Origin: an uncultured Actinomycetes bacterium
Lineage (GTDB): Bacteria > Actinomycetota > Thermoleophilia > UBA2241
NCBI GenBank assembly: GCA_963767005.1
Contig: CAVYCN010000014.1
Location: forward strand, 19,185 to 83,184
DNA: 64,000 nt
Direction of reading: 5' to 3'
This document shows positions 8,861 to 18,647 of this stretch, piece by piece; within the stretch, counting starts at the first letter, position 1, and every line of letters starts with the position of its first letter. A program made the position numbers and the translations under genes. The notes beneath the pieces are model-generated. The model ran no database searches and had not been told where the DNA came from. It saw nothing but the letters and a program-made list of their open reading frames with translations.

Positions 8861-10902
8861 GCACCGACGTGAAGATCCTCGACGGCAACACCTTCGTGGT
8901 GAGCGACAACGCGGGCGACATCGAAGCGTCGCTGACCGATCCGACCGGCCTGTTCTCGTTCGACACGCGCTACCTGTCGCGCTGGGTCCTTACGGTCGAC
9001 GAGCAGCGGCTGATGCCGCTGTCGGTCGACGACCTGCAGTACTACGAGGCGCGCTTCTTCCTGGTGCCGGCCACCGGCACCGTCTACGTCGACGCCAAGC
9101 TCTCGGTGATCCGGCAGCGCGCCGTCGGTAACGGCTTCCGTGAGCAGCTCACGTTGCTCAACCACGACGAGCAGGCGGTCGACCTGACCGTGCGCATCGA
9201 GGCCGACTGCGACTTCGCCGACCTGTTCGAGGTCAAGGACGCACTGGAAAAGCAGGGCGAGTACAGCCGGCGCGTCGACAACGGCCGGCTCGTGCTCGGC
9301 TACCGGCGCGACACCTACGAGCGCGAGACCTGGATCACGGCGAGCGCCGCCTGCCAGGCGGACGAGCACGGCCTGACCTTCGCGGCGCACATCGAGCCGC
9401 ACGGCGAGTGGAAGACCGACCTCGAGGTCGCGGTGACGGGCCTGGCCGGCCCGGTCGCCGCGCGGCCCGGTCGCCGCAACCATCGTCCCGACATGGAGCG
9501 CAGCCTCACCAAGTGGCTCGCCGAGGCGCCCAAGCTCGAGTGCGACTCCGACGCCCTCGTGCGCACGTACCGCCGCAGCCTCGTCGATCTCGCCGCCCTG
9601 CGCTTCTCGCCGCCGGTCCTGGCCGGTCACAGCCTGCCGGCCGCGGGGCTGCCCTGGTTCATGACGATGTTCGGGCGCGACAGCATCTTCACCAGCCTGC
9701 AGGCCCTGCCGTTCACGTCGGAGCTCGCCGCCAGCACGCTTACGGCGCTCGGCATCTGGCAGGGCACGCGGCGCGACGACTTTCGCGACGAGGACCCCGG
9801 CCGCATCCTCCACGAGATGCGCTACGGCGAGATGACGGCCTTCGAGGAACGTCCCCACTCGCCCTACTACGGCTGCGCCGACGCCACCATGCTCTACGTG
9901 GTGCTGCTCGACGAGTACGAGCGCTGGACCGGCGACACCAAGCTCGTGCGGGCACTCGAGGCCAACGCCAGAGCGGCCCTGGACTGGATCGACAAGTACG
10001 CCGACCTGCAGGGCAACGGCTACGTCGCCTACCAGCGGCGCAACGAGAAGACCGGCCTCGAGAACCAGTGCTGGAAGGACTCCTGGGACTCGATCTCGTA
10101 TCGTGACGGCCGCCTGCCGGGGTTCCCGCGGGCCACCTGCGAGCTGCAGGGCTACGCCTACGATGCCAAGGTGCGCGGCGCCCGCCTGGCGCGGCTCGTC
10201 TGGAAGGACCCCGAGCTCGCCGAACGGCTCGAGCGCGAGGCCGCCGACCTCAAGCGGCGCTTCAACCACGACTTCTGGGTGAGTGAGGGCGAGTACTTCG
10301 CGCTCGCGCTCGACGCCGACGGCTCCCAGGTCGACGCCGTCGCCTCGAACATGGGCCACCTGCTGTGGAGCGGCATCGTCGACAAGACCAAGGCGAAGGC
10401 GGTGGTCCGTCACCTGATGGGGCCCGACATGTTCTCGGGCTGGGGCGTGCGCACGCTGGGTCGCGGCCAAGGCCGGTCCAACCCGATCGGCTACCACGTC
10501 GGCACCATCTGGCCCTTCGACAACTCGTTCATCGCCTGGGGCCTGCGGCGCTACGGCTTCAAGGCCGAGGCGGCCAGGGTCGCGGCCGGCATCTTGGACG
10601 CGGCCGACTTCTTTGACGGCCGCCTGCCCGAGGCGTTCGGCGGCTACCCGCGCGAGCAGACCAAGTACCCGGTGCAGTACCCGACGGCCTGCAGCCCGCA
10701 GGCCTGGTCGACGGGCGCGCCCATGCTGTTCCTGCGCACCATGCTCGGCCTGGAGCCGATCGAGGATCATCTGATCATCGACCCGGCGCTGCCGCAGGGC
10801 ATCGGTCGCCTGGAGCTGCTCGACATCCCCGGCCGCTGGGGCCGCGTCGACGCCTTCGGACGCGGCACGGTCGACGTGGAGCGCGCGCTACGAGCGGCCT
10901 GA
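8857..10902 (+). CDS. Amylo-alpha-1,6-glucosidase / glycogen debranching family protein
   Basis: GLFSFDTRYLS, AAGLPWFMTMFGRDS, PGRILHEMR, NQCWKDSWD, YHVGTIWPFDN, CSPQAWS; ATGA overlap with SCP2. Confidence 0.92.
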   Translation: MSTDVKILDGNTFVVSDNAGDIEASLTDPTGLFSFDTRYLSRWVLTVDEQRLMPLSVDDLQYYEARFFLVPATGTVYVDAKLSVIRQRAVGNGFREQLTLLNHDEQAVDLTVRIEADCDFADLFEVKDALEKQGEYSRRVDNGRLVLGYRRDTYERETWITASAACQADEHGLTFAAHIEPHGEWKTDLEVAVTGLAGPVAARPGRRNHRPDMERSLTKWLAEAPKLECDSDALVRTYRRSLVDLAALRFSPPVLAGHSLPAAGLPWFMTMFGRDSIFTSLQALPFTSELAASTLTALGIWQGTRRDDFRDEDPGRILHEMRYGEMTAFEERPHSPYYGCADATMLYVVLLDEYERWTGDTKLVRALEANARAALDWIDKYADLQGNGYVAYQRRNEKTGLENQCWKDSWDSISYRDGRLPGFPRATCELQGYAYDAKVRGARLARLVWKDPELAERLEREAADLKRRFNHDFWVSEGEYFALALDADGSQVDAVASNMGHLLWSGIVDKTKAKAVVRHLMGPDMFSGWGVRTLGRGQGRSNPIGYHVGTIWPFDNSFIAWGLRRYGFKAEAARVAAGILDAADFFDGRLPEAFGGYPREQTKYPVQYPTACSPQAWSTGAPMLFLRTMLGLEPIEDHLIIDPALPQGIGRLELLDIPGRWGRVDAFGRGTVDVERALRAA

Positions 10903-10919
10903 ACCGGCACGTCGCGCGC

Positions 10920-11123
10920 ATGGAGGCGCGCCGGCTGCCCGACGGGCGGCCGGCGCGCGAACGACGGCTGCCGCCCGGCGCCGACGAGGACCGCGGTCTG
11001 CTTCCCGATCTCGCCGGAGGCCCGGACCGTCGCCGGCTGGTCGTCGCGGTCGTCGCCGCCGTCATCGTGGTCGGCGCCATAGTCTTCTGCCCTACGACCG
11101 CCGCGCCGAGCGGCCGCCGGTAG
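10920..11123 (+). CDS. Short single-TM ORF, possibly a truncated gene remnant
   Basis: 67 aa with RRRLVVAVVAAVIVVGAIVF; ends within a duplicated copy of the MFS 3' end. Confidence 0.35.
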   Translation: MEARRLPDGRPARERRLPPGADEDRGLLPDLAGGPDRRRLVVAVVAAVIVVGAIVFCPTTAAPSGRR

Positions 11124-11146
11124 CCGATCGGCGCCGCGGTACCGCC

Positions 11147-12550
11147 CTACGGCTGCCGCGCCGAGCGGCCCGGCAGGAAGACGGCGGCGACGAGGCCGAT
11201 CACGCCGATGCCGGCCAGGGCGATCATCGCCAGGGCGTAGGCGTGGTTTCCCGACGCGAGGTCGGAGACCAGGATCGTGCCGGCGATCGCCGTGCCGAGC
11301 GACGACCCCAGGTTGGACACGCTGCGCGACAGGCCCGAGATCTCGCCCTGCTTCTCCTCGGGGAAGGCCGACTGCACGATGTTGACCGACGGCGTGAGCA
11401 TGGTCCCGACGCCGAGACCGATCAGGAACAGCGCCGGTAGGAACAGCAGGATGCTCGACGAGATGTGGGCGAAGCCCAGCCCCAGACCTATGCCGGCCAG
11501 CGTGACGACGAAACCGGCCACGACGAGCGTCTTCTGTGCGTAGCGTTCGGCGAGGCGCCGCTGGGTGACCGACGACAGCAGCACGCCGACCGTCGCCGCC
11601 GTGAACGTCAGGCCGGTCTCGATCGCGCTGAAATGGCGCACCGTCTGCAGGTACACCGAGACGACGAACGAGACGCCCATGAGCAGCAGCCATTGCACGT
11701 TCTGGGTCACGAGGCCGAGGTTGGAGGTGCGGTCGCGAAACAGCGAGGTCGACAGGAGCGGCTCGCGGCCGGCGCGCTCGCGGGCGCGCACATGCAGGAA
11801 GAACCAGGCCAGGACGGCGGCGCCGGCCAGCAGGAAGGTGACGAAGAGCCCGTTGTTGCTGCCCGCCTGCAGGATGCCGATCACCACGAAGAACATGCCG
11901 ATCGCCGACAGCACGGCGCCGAAGGTGTCGAACGGGCGCGTGCGGTCGGCCGCGACGGGGTCGACGATCCGCCGGGAGAGGACGATGATCACGGCCACGA
12001 TCGCCGCCTGCAGCAGGAACGACACGCGCCAGCTGATCGTCGTCGTGATGAGGCCGCCGATCAGCGGTCCGGCCGCTGACCCGACGCCGGCCATGGCGCT
12101 GATCAGGCCGAACGCCCAGGCGCGCGACTTCGTGTCCTTGAAGGCCATCGTCGTCAGGATGTACACGGGCGGGATCAGCAGGGCGGAGCCGACGCCCTGG
12201 AAGGCAGAGTAGCCCACGATGAGCACCGCGAGGCCGGGCGCCAGGGCGGCGATCACGGCCCCGGCGCCGTAGATGGTGAGCCCGCCGATCAGGCAGGCCT
12301 TGCGGCCCAGGATGTCGGTGAGCTTGCTGCCCGGGATCATGAGGGCGGCCATGGTCAGCAGGAACAGGGTGATGGCCGTCTGGACGCCGTGCACGGTCGT
12401 GCCGATGTCCTTCGCGATGCTGCCGATCGCGACGTTCATGTTCGAGCCCGCGAAGCTGCACACGAACTGGGCCAGGGCGAGCGGCAGCAGCATGGCCCGC
12501 GGCGACAGCACGCCGCTCGTGGCCGTGGTCGCCGGCGCGGTCGGGCTCAC
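11147..12550 (-). CDS. MFS transporter (14-TM DHA2-like)
   Basis: GSKLTDILGRK motif A variant, GPLIGGLITTTISWR; GTGA overlap with DUF2252. Confidence 0.9.
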   Translation of the reverse strand: MSPTAPATTATSGVLSPRAMLLPLALAQFVCSFAGSNMNVAIGSIAKDIGTTVHGVQTAITLFLLTMAALMIPGSKLTDILGRKACLIGGLTIYGAGAVIAALAPGLAVLIVGYSAFQGVGSALLIPPVYILTTMAFKDTKSRAWAFGLISAMAGVGSAAGPLIGGLITTTISWRVSFLLQAAIVAVIIVLSRRIVDPVAADRTRPFDTFGAVLSAIGMFFVVIGILQAGSNNGLFVTFLLAGAAVLAWFFLHVRARERAGREPLLSTSLFRDRTSNLGLVTQNVQWLLLMGVSFVVSVYLQTVRHFSAIETGLTFTAATVGVLLSSVTQRRLAERYAQKTLVVAGFVVTLAGIGLGLGFAHISSSILLFLPALFLIGLGVGTMLTPSVNIVQSAFPEEKQGEISGLSRSVSNLGSSLGTAIAGTILVSDLASGNHAYALAMIALAGIGVIGLVAAVFLPGRSARQP

Positions 12551-14019
12551 ACGCCCGTCTCGGCCGGCACCGCGCCGCGGGCGATGGCCGCGGTCAGCAG
12601 CTCGAAGTCGCGCTCCATCTGGTCGGCGTATGCCTCGGCGAAGTCGACGAGGGCACGTTCGAAGCGGTCGCTGCGGCCCAGGTACGTCGCGATCACGACC
12701 GGGTCGCCGGCGCGGGCGTGGGCACGGGCCAGGGCCCAGCCGCAGGCGGCGCCGTACAGCGCGAGGCCGGCCGCTACGCGCGCGCCTTCGAACGAGCCCT
12801 TCATGTCGCGGAGCTGACGCCAGTAGAAGTCGCGGTGCTGCGCGCCGGCCCCGCGGATCCAGCCCAGGAAGATGTCGCTCGCGGCCTGCATGAGCCGCTG
12901 GCCAGCGACCACGCGATGCCCGCAGTTGGCGTGCCGGCTGCGGCCGAGGTAGGGCTCGAGCACGGACGGCCCGGCCTCCTTGACCTGCAGGAAGAGGGGG
13001 TCCTCGCCGCTGCGCCCGACGAGAAGGCCGATCAGGCAGATCGTGCCGACGCTGCCGACCCCGACGACCTTCTGGGCGAGGTCGACCATGGTGAAGCGCT
13101 CGAGCAGCACGCGGCGGTCGTCGGGCAGCGTCTTGCGATAGTCGACGTACCCTTGACGGACGATCCTGCGAAGCTCCTGCTGCTCGAGGGGCAGGTGCAC
13201 GACGAGCGGCGGGTCGTCGACGATCTCGCGGCGGCCGTCGACGACGCGCGTCAGCTTGTTGAAGGCCTGCAGGCTGTCGCGCGTGCGTGCCTTGGCTTCG
13301 GTGGCGCGCGCGTTGCGCTCGGCGCGGCGCGCCACCTTGCCCTTGGCCAGGCTCCCGATCTCGCCCTGCAGGTCGTCTGCCGCGACACGCGAGTACCACA
13401 CCTCGAGCTCGCTCATCTCGGCGTACGAGAGCATGCGTTCGCGGTAGGAGCGCACGGCGGCGAGGGCCGCGTCGCGTCCGCCGCGAGCGTCGAAGCCGGC
13501 GTCGCGGGCGGCGATCACGAAGCTCGCGGCGAGGCGCTTGACGTCCCACTCGAACGGCCCCGGCAGGGTCTCGTCGAAGTCGTTGATGTCGAACAGCAGG
13601 GTCCGTTCGGGCGACGCGAACAGGCCGAAGTTCGAGAGGTGGGCATCGCCGCAGAGCTGCGTCGTGACGGCGGTGTGCGGCAGCGTCGCGAGGTCGGCGG
13701 CCATGACGGCGGCCGAACCGCGGAAGTAGGCGAAGGGCGACACGGACATGCGTCCGTAGCGGATCGGCACGAGCTCCGGCGCCCTGTCAGGGTCGCCGGC
13801 GCGGAGCAGCTCGACCGGGTCGGGACGGTCGGCCGCCGGTTGCCAGCGGGCGTGGTCGCCGCGCGGCAGCGCGCGCCGGGCCTCGCGGCCCAGACGGCGG
13901 CGCTCGGCGGGCGAGCTCACGGACCCGAGGGGCGTGGTGCCGATGGGGATGTCGGCCGGAGCGACCGCCTGGGCGCCCGTCGAGGGGCCGCGGTCCGCTC
14001 GCGAAGATGCCGGGCTCAT
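12547..14019 (-). CDS. DUF2252 family protein (kinase-like)
   Basis: RYGRMSVSPFAYFRGSA, CGDAHLSNFG, FDINDFDE, KVVGVGSVG, LFLQVKEA, FYWRQLRDMKGS. Confidence 0.92.
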   Translation of the reverse strand: MSPASSRADRGPSTGAQAVAPADIPIGTTPLGSVSSPAERRRLGREARRALPRGDHARWQPAADRPDPVELLRAGDPDRAPELVPIRYGRMSVSPFAYFRGSAAVMAADLATLPHTAVTTQLCGDAHLSNFGLFASPERTLLFDINDFDETLPGPFEWDVKRLAASFVIAARDAGFDARGGRDAALAAVRSYRERMLSYAEMSELEVWYSRVAADDLQGEIGSLAKGKVARRAERNARATEAKARTRDSLQAFNKLTRVVDGRREIVDDPPLVVHLPLEQQELRRIVRQGYVDYRKTLPDDRRVLLERFTMVDLAQKVVGVGSVGTICLIGLLVGRSGEDPLFLQVKEAGPSVLEPYLGRSRHANCGHRVVAGQRLMQAASDIFLGWIRGAGAQHRDFYWRQLRDMKGSFEGARVAAGLALYGAACGWALARAHARAGDPVVIATYLGRSDRFERALVDFAEAYADQMERDFELLTAAIARGAVPAETGV

Positions 14020-14195
14020 CGAAACTCCTTCCCGTCGCCTGAGACGACCGATCCGGCGCTGGGCGTCGACCGGTCCGGCGCGCGCAGCATCGTGAGGCGG
14101 CGCGGCGCCCAGGCTTCGGTATATGCCCGTCGGGTGGACGGTCGGTCAGGGTGCCGTTTGCGTCGGGCGTCACGGCGGCGTGCGCCGCGGGAGCG

Positions 14196-15575
14196 TCAGG
14201 GATGCGGCTGGAGCGGCAGTTCGCGGCGCGCCCGGCGAAACTCCTCGACGTCGGGCCAGTCGAGGCCGCCGGAGGGGCCGGCGTAGCGCGCCCGTTCGTA
14301 GAGGACGATCAGGCGGGCACGTGTGGCGCCGGCCTCGTCGGCGGTCAGACAGGTGTCGAGGTAGCGCCGCACCGTCTGCGACGGTGCGCGCTCGTGGCCG
14401 GCCCGGCGCAGCGTCCGCTCGAGCCGGCGGTACTCGGCGCGCAGGGCTTCGGCAGGCGTGCGGTCGCGCTCGACCAGGCGCCGCAGGCGGCGCGCCAGGC
14501 GGCGGCCGGCGCCGCGCAGCTCGGGCTCGTGCGCCAGGTGCTCGTGCTCCTCGATCACGGTGTCCTCGGCCGCGCGCCGCTCGACCCTGAGCGAGCGCGT
14601 CACGAGCCACACGGCCAGCGCCGCGAGCGCGACCAGAGCGCAGAGGCCGGCGACCTCCGCGACGATGGGATTGCTGTGGCTCGGCCGCGGGGTGGTCGTC
14701 TTGAGCGGGTTCGAGGACGAGGGCTTGATGGCGATCGTGTGCAGGTGGAGGTGGAACGGCGCGACCAGCGCGGCGATCGCGCGCACGACGAGGTAGGCCG
14801 CGCCGGCGGCGGCATAGCCGACGCCGTCCTGCAGCCCGCGCAGACCGGCGGCCAGGGGCCCGCCCAGGCAGGCGAGCGCGCCGTCGAGCGGCGCCGCGGT
14901 CAGCAGCAGGGCGAGCGCCAGGGCGACCAGGTCGACGAGCAGCATCACGCCGATCCAGCGGACCGGGGCGGCGCCGCCCTCGACCGCGGCGGCGATCGAC
15001 CGCAGGCGCGCGACGACGATCAGACCGGCGGCCGCCATCACGGCGACCGCCACGAGCAGCCCGGCGCCGGCCGGCCCGTGGCCGCCGAGCGACGCCAGGA
15101 ACACGACCACGAAGACGAGCAGAAAGCAGCGCAGGGCGCGCCGCAGGGCCCGGTCCGGGTCGATCTCGGCGCGGCCGATGAGCACGCCGAGCTCGAGGCA
15201 GACGGCGACCACGACGACGGCGCGCGTGACCGTGGCGCTCGTCGTGCGCAACCCGTGCGGCGCGGCGACCGCGACGAGCGCGGCCGCCGCGCCGATGCCG
15301 AGCGCGAGCAGCGCCAGGCGGTAGCGCGCCGGCGCCGCCGTCACATGGGGCGCCGGCTCCGCGCCCCGGGCCAGCGCGGCCGCCGCGTCGGCGGCGGCCG
15401 CGCGCCGCGCCCGGGACGCGAGCAGGCTCGCCGTCGCGATCAGGCAGAAACAGAGCGCCACCGGGCCGGCCGGCGCCGACGAGGTGAGCAGCGCCGTGAG
15501 AGTGCCCACCCAGAGCGCCTCGAGCAGCGCCGCCAGGAGCGGCGCGCCGGCGTCGAGCCAGGGCGAGCGCATCAT
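14196..15575 (-). CDS. Multi-TM protein with C-terminal DUF4129
   Basis: Many hydrophobic helices then EYRRLER...R.PSQTVRRY...LIVLYERARY; start overlaps the DUF58 stop. Confidence 0.75.
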   Translation of the reverse strand: MMRSPWLDAGAPLLAALLEALWVGTLTALLTSSAPAGPVALCFCLIATASLLASRARRAAAADAAAALARGAEPAPHVTAAPARYRLALLALGIGAAAALVAVAAPHGLRTTSATVTRAVVVVAVCLELGVLIGRAEIDPDRALRRALRCFLLVFVVVFLASLGGHGPAGAGLLVAVAVMAAAGLIVVARLRSIAAAVEGGAAPVRWIGVMLLVDLVALALALLLTAAPLDGALACLGGPLAAGLRGLQDGVGYAAAGAAYLVVRAIAALVAPFHLHLHTIAIKPSSSNPLKTTTPRPSHSNPIVAEVAGLCALVALAALAVWLVTRSLRVERRAAEDTVIEEHEHLAHEPELRGAGRRLARRLRRLVERDRTPAEALRAEYRRLERTLRRAGHERAPSQTVRRYLDTCLTADEAGATRARLIVLYERARYAGPSGGLDWPDVEEFRRARRELPLQPHP

Positions 15576-16798
15576 CTGCCTCCGGCGAGAGGCAGGGCAT
15601 CGGCCGACCGCCAGTCGATGCCGGCGTCGACGCGGCAGTCGACCAGGTGGGCGAGCTCGGGCGGCGGCGTGCCCACGAAGACGACCCGGGTCGTCGCCTC
15701 GCGTCGGAGCGCCTCGATCGCGGCGGCGAGCTCGTCGTCGAGCAGGGCGGTGACGAGCAGGTAGTCGGTGGCGTCGCGCGGCGCGGCGGCCTCGGCGGCG
15801 AGCAGACGCTCGAACGGCATTGGCGGCCAGAGCGCGACGCGGGCGAGCGTCTCGAGGACCTCGCCGAGCGAGTCGGCGGCCGGCTCGATGCTCACGCCGG
15901 CCGCCCCCCGCGTGAGCTGGGCGTTCGACAGCAGGCCGACCGCAAAACCGAGCGAGGCAACACCGGCCGCGAGCGAGGCGCCGACCACGCAGAGCGTCTC
16001 CATGACCTCGGTGTCGAGCCCTTCGTAGATGTAGCGGACGGTGCGCAGGTTGAGGGCGATCATGGCCTGGGCCGTGACCGTGGGCTCGAAGAGGTTGGTG
16101 ACGAGCTCGCGGCTGCGCGCCGTGGCGCGCCAGTTGATGACGCGGGGCGGGTCGCCGCGGCGGTACGGCCGCGAGCCGACGAGGCCGGTCGGGTCGCGGG
16201 CGAGCGACAGGCGCGCCGGCGCGTCGATCTGGGGGCGCCCGAACAGCGGCACGAGGTCGGGCACGGCGAGCACCTTGGGCAGCACCAGGAGCCGGTCGAC
16301 CCCGGGGATCTCGCGCTCCGCCGAGGAGATCCCGAGCGGGTCGCCGGCCTCGGCCGTGGCCGGGCCGAACTCGTGCAGGCCGCGCTCGCGACAGCGCACG
16401 CGGTGGCGTCGGGCGACGCGTTCCCACCAGCGCAGCGCATAGGTGTGGTCGAGGATCCGCACGGTACTCTCGCCCGAGTACCGCACGGCGAAGCCGAGCG
16501 GCTCGACGGCGGCGGGCCAGCGGTCGCGCAGGCGCAGCCACAGCACCGGCAGCCACTTGTGGTTGGTCACCTCGAGGCGGACCTCGACCTCGTCGCCCCA
16601 GCCGACCACCGAGCGCGACAGCCGGCGCGAGTAATCGAGGCCGTCGAAGAGGTGGCCGCGGGCGCAGGCGGCGGCCGCGCCGAGCAGGGTCGCGGCGAGG
16701 GCGCCGAGCACGAGGGCGCGGGCGTGGACGAGGGCGCCGGCGATCACGCCGAGCGCCCCGCAGACGAGGATCAGGCGGAGCTGAGCCGAGCGCAGCAC
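15572..16798 (-). CDS. DUF58 domain protein
   Basis: RGLHEFGP...GDPLG...RPYRRGDPPRVINWRATAR. Confidence 0.9.
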   Translation of the reverse strand: MLRSAQLRLILVCGALGVIAGALVHARALVLGALAATLLGAAAACARGHLFDGLDYSRRLSRSVVGWGDEVEVRLEVTNHKWLPVLWLRLRDRWPAAVEPLGFAVRYSGESTVRILDHTYALRWWERVARRHRVRCRERGLHEFGPATAEAGDPLGISSAEREIPGVDRLLVLPKVLAVPDLVPLFGRPQIDAPARLSLARDPTGLVGSRPYRRGDPPRVINWRATARSRELVTNLFEPTVTAQAMIALNLRTVRYIYEGLDTEVMETLCVVGASLAAGVASLGFAVGLLSNAQLTRGAAGVSIEPAADSLGEVLETLARVALWPPMPFERLLAAEAAAPRDATDYLLVTALLDDELAAAIEALRREATTRVVFVGTPPPELAHLVDCRVDAGIDWRSADALPLAGGR

Positions 16799-16813
16799 GG
16801 GATGTCCGTTTCG

Positions 16814-17941
16814 TCAGTCGTCGGCGGGCGACTCGACGGGCGCGGCGACCGCGGCGAGCAGGCCCTCGACGACGTCCTCGGGGCGGCGGCGCTCGGCCGC
16901 CGCGTCGCGCGAGAGCAGCAGGCGGTGCGAGAGCACCGGCACGGCCAGCCCGCCGACGTCGTCGGGGATGACGTAGCCGCGGCCGGCCAGGGCCGCCGAC
17001 GCCTGGGCCGCGCGCATGAGCGCGAGGGCGGCGCGCGGGCTGGCGCCGAGCGCGACGTCGGCGGCCTCGCGCGTGGCGCGTACGAGGTCGACGACGTAGC
17101 CCTCGACCGGCGGCGCGACGTGGACCGCGCGCACGACGGCCTGGGCGGCGAGCAGCTCCGCGGCACCGGCCACCGGACGCAGGGCGGCCAGCGGGTCGTC
17201 GGTGCGGAAGCGGCCGAGCATGGCCGTCTCCTCGGCGCGGCTCGGATACCCCATGCGCAGGCGCAGCAGAAAGCGGTCGAGCTGCGCTTCGGGCAGCGGG
17301 AAGGTGCCCTTCAGCTCGACGGGGTTCTGCGTGGCGAGCACGAGGAACGGGCGGGGCAGCGGGTGCGAGGTGCCTTCGATCGTGACCTGGCGCTCCTCCA
17401 TCGCTTCGAGGAAGCTCGACTGCGTGCGCGGTGTCGCGCGGTTGACCTCGTCGGCGAGCACGAGGTTGGCGAAGATCGGCCCGGGGCGAAAGTCGAACTC
17501 GGCGCTGCGCTGGTCGAACACCTCGCTGCCGGTGACGTCGGCGGGCAGCAGGTCGGGCGTGCACTGCACGCGCACGAAGCGCAGGCCGAGCGACGCGGCC
17601 AGGGTGCGCACCAGGAGCGTCTTGGCGACGCCGGGCACGTCGTCGATCAGCACGTGGCCCTCGGCGAGCAGGGCGACCAGGACCAGGCGCACCTGCTCGC
17701 GCTTGCCGACGATCACGCGCTCGACCGCGCTCGCCACGTCGTGTGCCAGGCGCTCGACGGGCGCGACGTCGGTGGCGCCGGTCGCAGCCGGGGCGGCGGC
17801 GGTCGCAGCCGGGGCGGCGGCGGTCGCAGCCGGGGCGGCGGCGGTCGCAGCCGGGGTGTCGACGGCCGCCGGCCGTGCGTCGGGTGCGGTCGTGATGGTC
17901 GGAGGGTGCTGTCGCTGCGGGTCGGCGTCCACGGGAGCCAT
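16814..17941 (-). CDS. moxR: MoxR family AAA+ ATPase
   Basis: GHVLIDDVPGVAKT, QCTPDLLPADVTG, LADEVNRATPRTQS, ATQNPVE..GTFPLPEAQLDRF; GGAGG RBS. Confidence 0.93.
   Translation of the reverse strand: MAPVDADPQRQHPPTITTAPDARPAAVDTPAATAAAPAATAAAPAATAAAPAATGATDVAPVERLAHDVASAVERVIVGKREQVRLVLVALLAEGHVLIDDVPGVAKTLLVRTLAASLGLRFVRVQCTPDLLPADVTGSEVFDQRSAEFDFRPGPIFANLVLADEVNRATPRTQSSFLEAMEERQVTIEGTSHPLPRPFLVLATQNPVELKGTFPLPEAQLDRFLLRLRMGYPSRAEETAMLGRFRTDDPLAALRPVAGAAELLAAQAVVRAVHVAPPVEGYVVDLVRATREAADVALGASPRAALALMRAAQASAALAGRGYVIPDDVGGLAVPVLSHRLLLSRDAAAERRRPEDVVEGLLAAVAAPVESPADD
17779..17856. repeat. 21-bp in-frame tandem repeat (about 3.7 copies) encoding PAATAAA in the MoxR N-terminus
   Basis: cggtcgcagccggggcggcgg at 17779, 17800, 17821 and partial at 17842. 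Confidence 0.9.
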
Positions 17942-18045
17942 CCTCCGCCAACCGTGGCCGCGTGGCAAACGGACGTGCTCGCGACTCAGACGGGGACCGG
18001 CAGGCGCGGCGTCCGCGCCGGGACGGCGTCGCTCGCCGGTCTCTG

Positions 18046-18222
18046 CTAGATGTCGAGGTAGCGGTAGGCCTTGTAGCCGGCCCAGACGCCGGCGAGCCCG
18101 CCGATGGTGCCGCCGGCGAAGCTGCCGAGTCCCCAGGCGCTCGCATGGAGCAGCACGACCGGCAGGTAGGCGCCGACGAGGCCGCCGACTGTGAACCCGG
18201 CGTAGACGATCGTCTTGCCCAC
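18046..18222 (-). CDS. Small Gly-rich 2-TM membrane protein (58 aa)
   Basis: MGKTIVYAGFTVGGLVGAYLP...GGTIGGLAGVWAGYKAYRYLDI; AGGAG RBS before GTG. Confidence 0.7.
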   Translation of the reverse strand: MGKTIVYAGFTVGGLVGAYLPVVLLHASAWGLGSFAGGTIGGLAGVWAGYKAYRYLDI

Positions 18223-18502
18223 GGTCCCGATCTCCTGTGTGAGGGCGGCCGCGTGCCGCCGCGTCGTCACCGGTATCGGTGGGCCGGTCGCCGTGCTTGA
18301 GGGCCGCCGGCTCTGCGGTAGCATGGACCACGTACGGGCGCCTCCGTAAACGACGGATGGCGCCGCGACACCGGCCCCAAGGCATAGGTTCTGTTGCAGC
18401 GCGGGCGCTCGCTCCGCGGGCGCCCGCGCCGATTCCGGTCACGGGGGGTTGCCATGGATCGTCCCGTGCGGCGTGCGACCCTCGTCGCGATCGCGAGCAA
18501 TC

Positions 18503-18529
18503 GATACTTTCGGCCGCGACCCGCGTCTA
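18503..18529 (+). promoter_or_regulatory. Candidate ECF-type (autoregulatory) promoter
   Basis: GATAC-N16-CGTCTA upstream of the ECF sigma gene, resembling GAAAC-N16-CGTC. Confidence 0.35.
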
Positions 18530-18647
18530 ACCGGCGAACGAAGATCGACCTTCTGCGCCGAGATAGGACTGCATGGCATCAGTGGCACAGGCTCTGGAGC
18601 CGGGCATCGCGCCGCCGCGCGATGACCGGACGGTCGGGGTCGCCCGG

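Noticed and set aside
14196-18146. 1316-aa ORF as a single giant protein
   Set aside because: Only the last 459 aa look coding; the rest is an alternative frame over the moxR and DUF58 genes, typical of high-GC DNA
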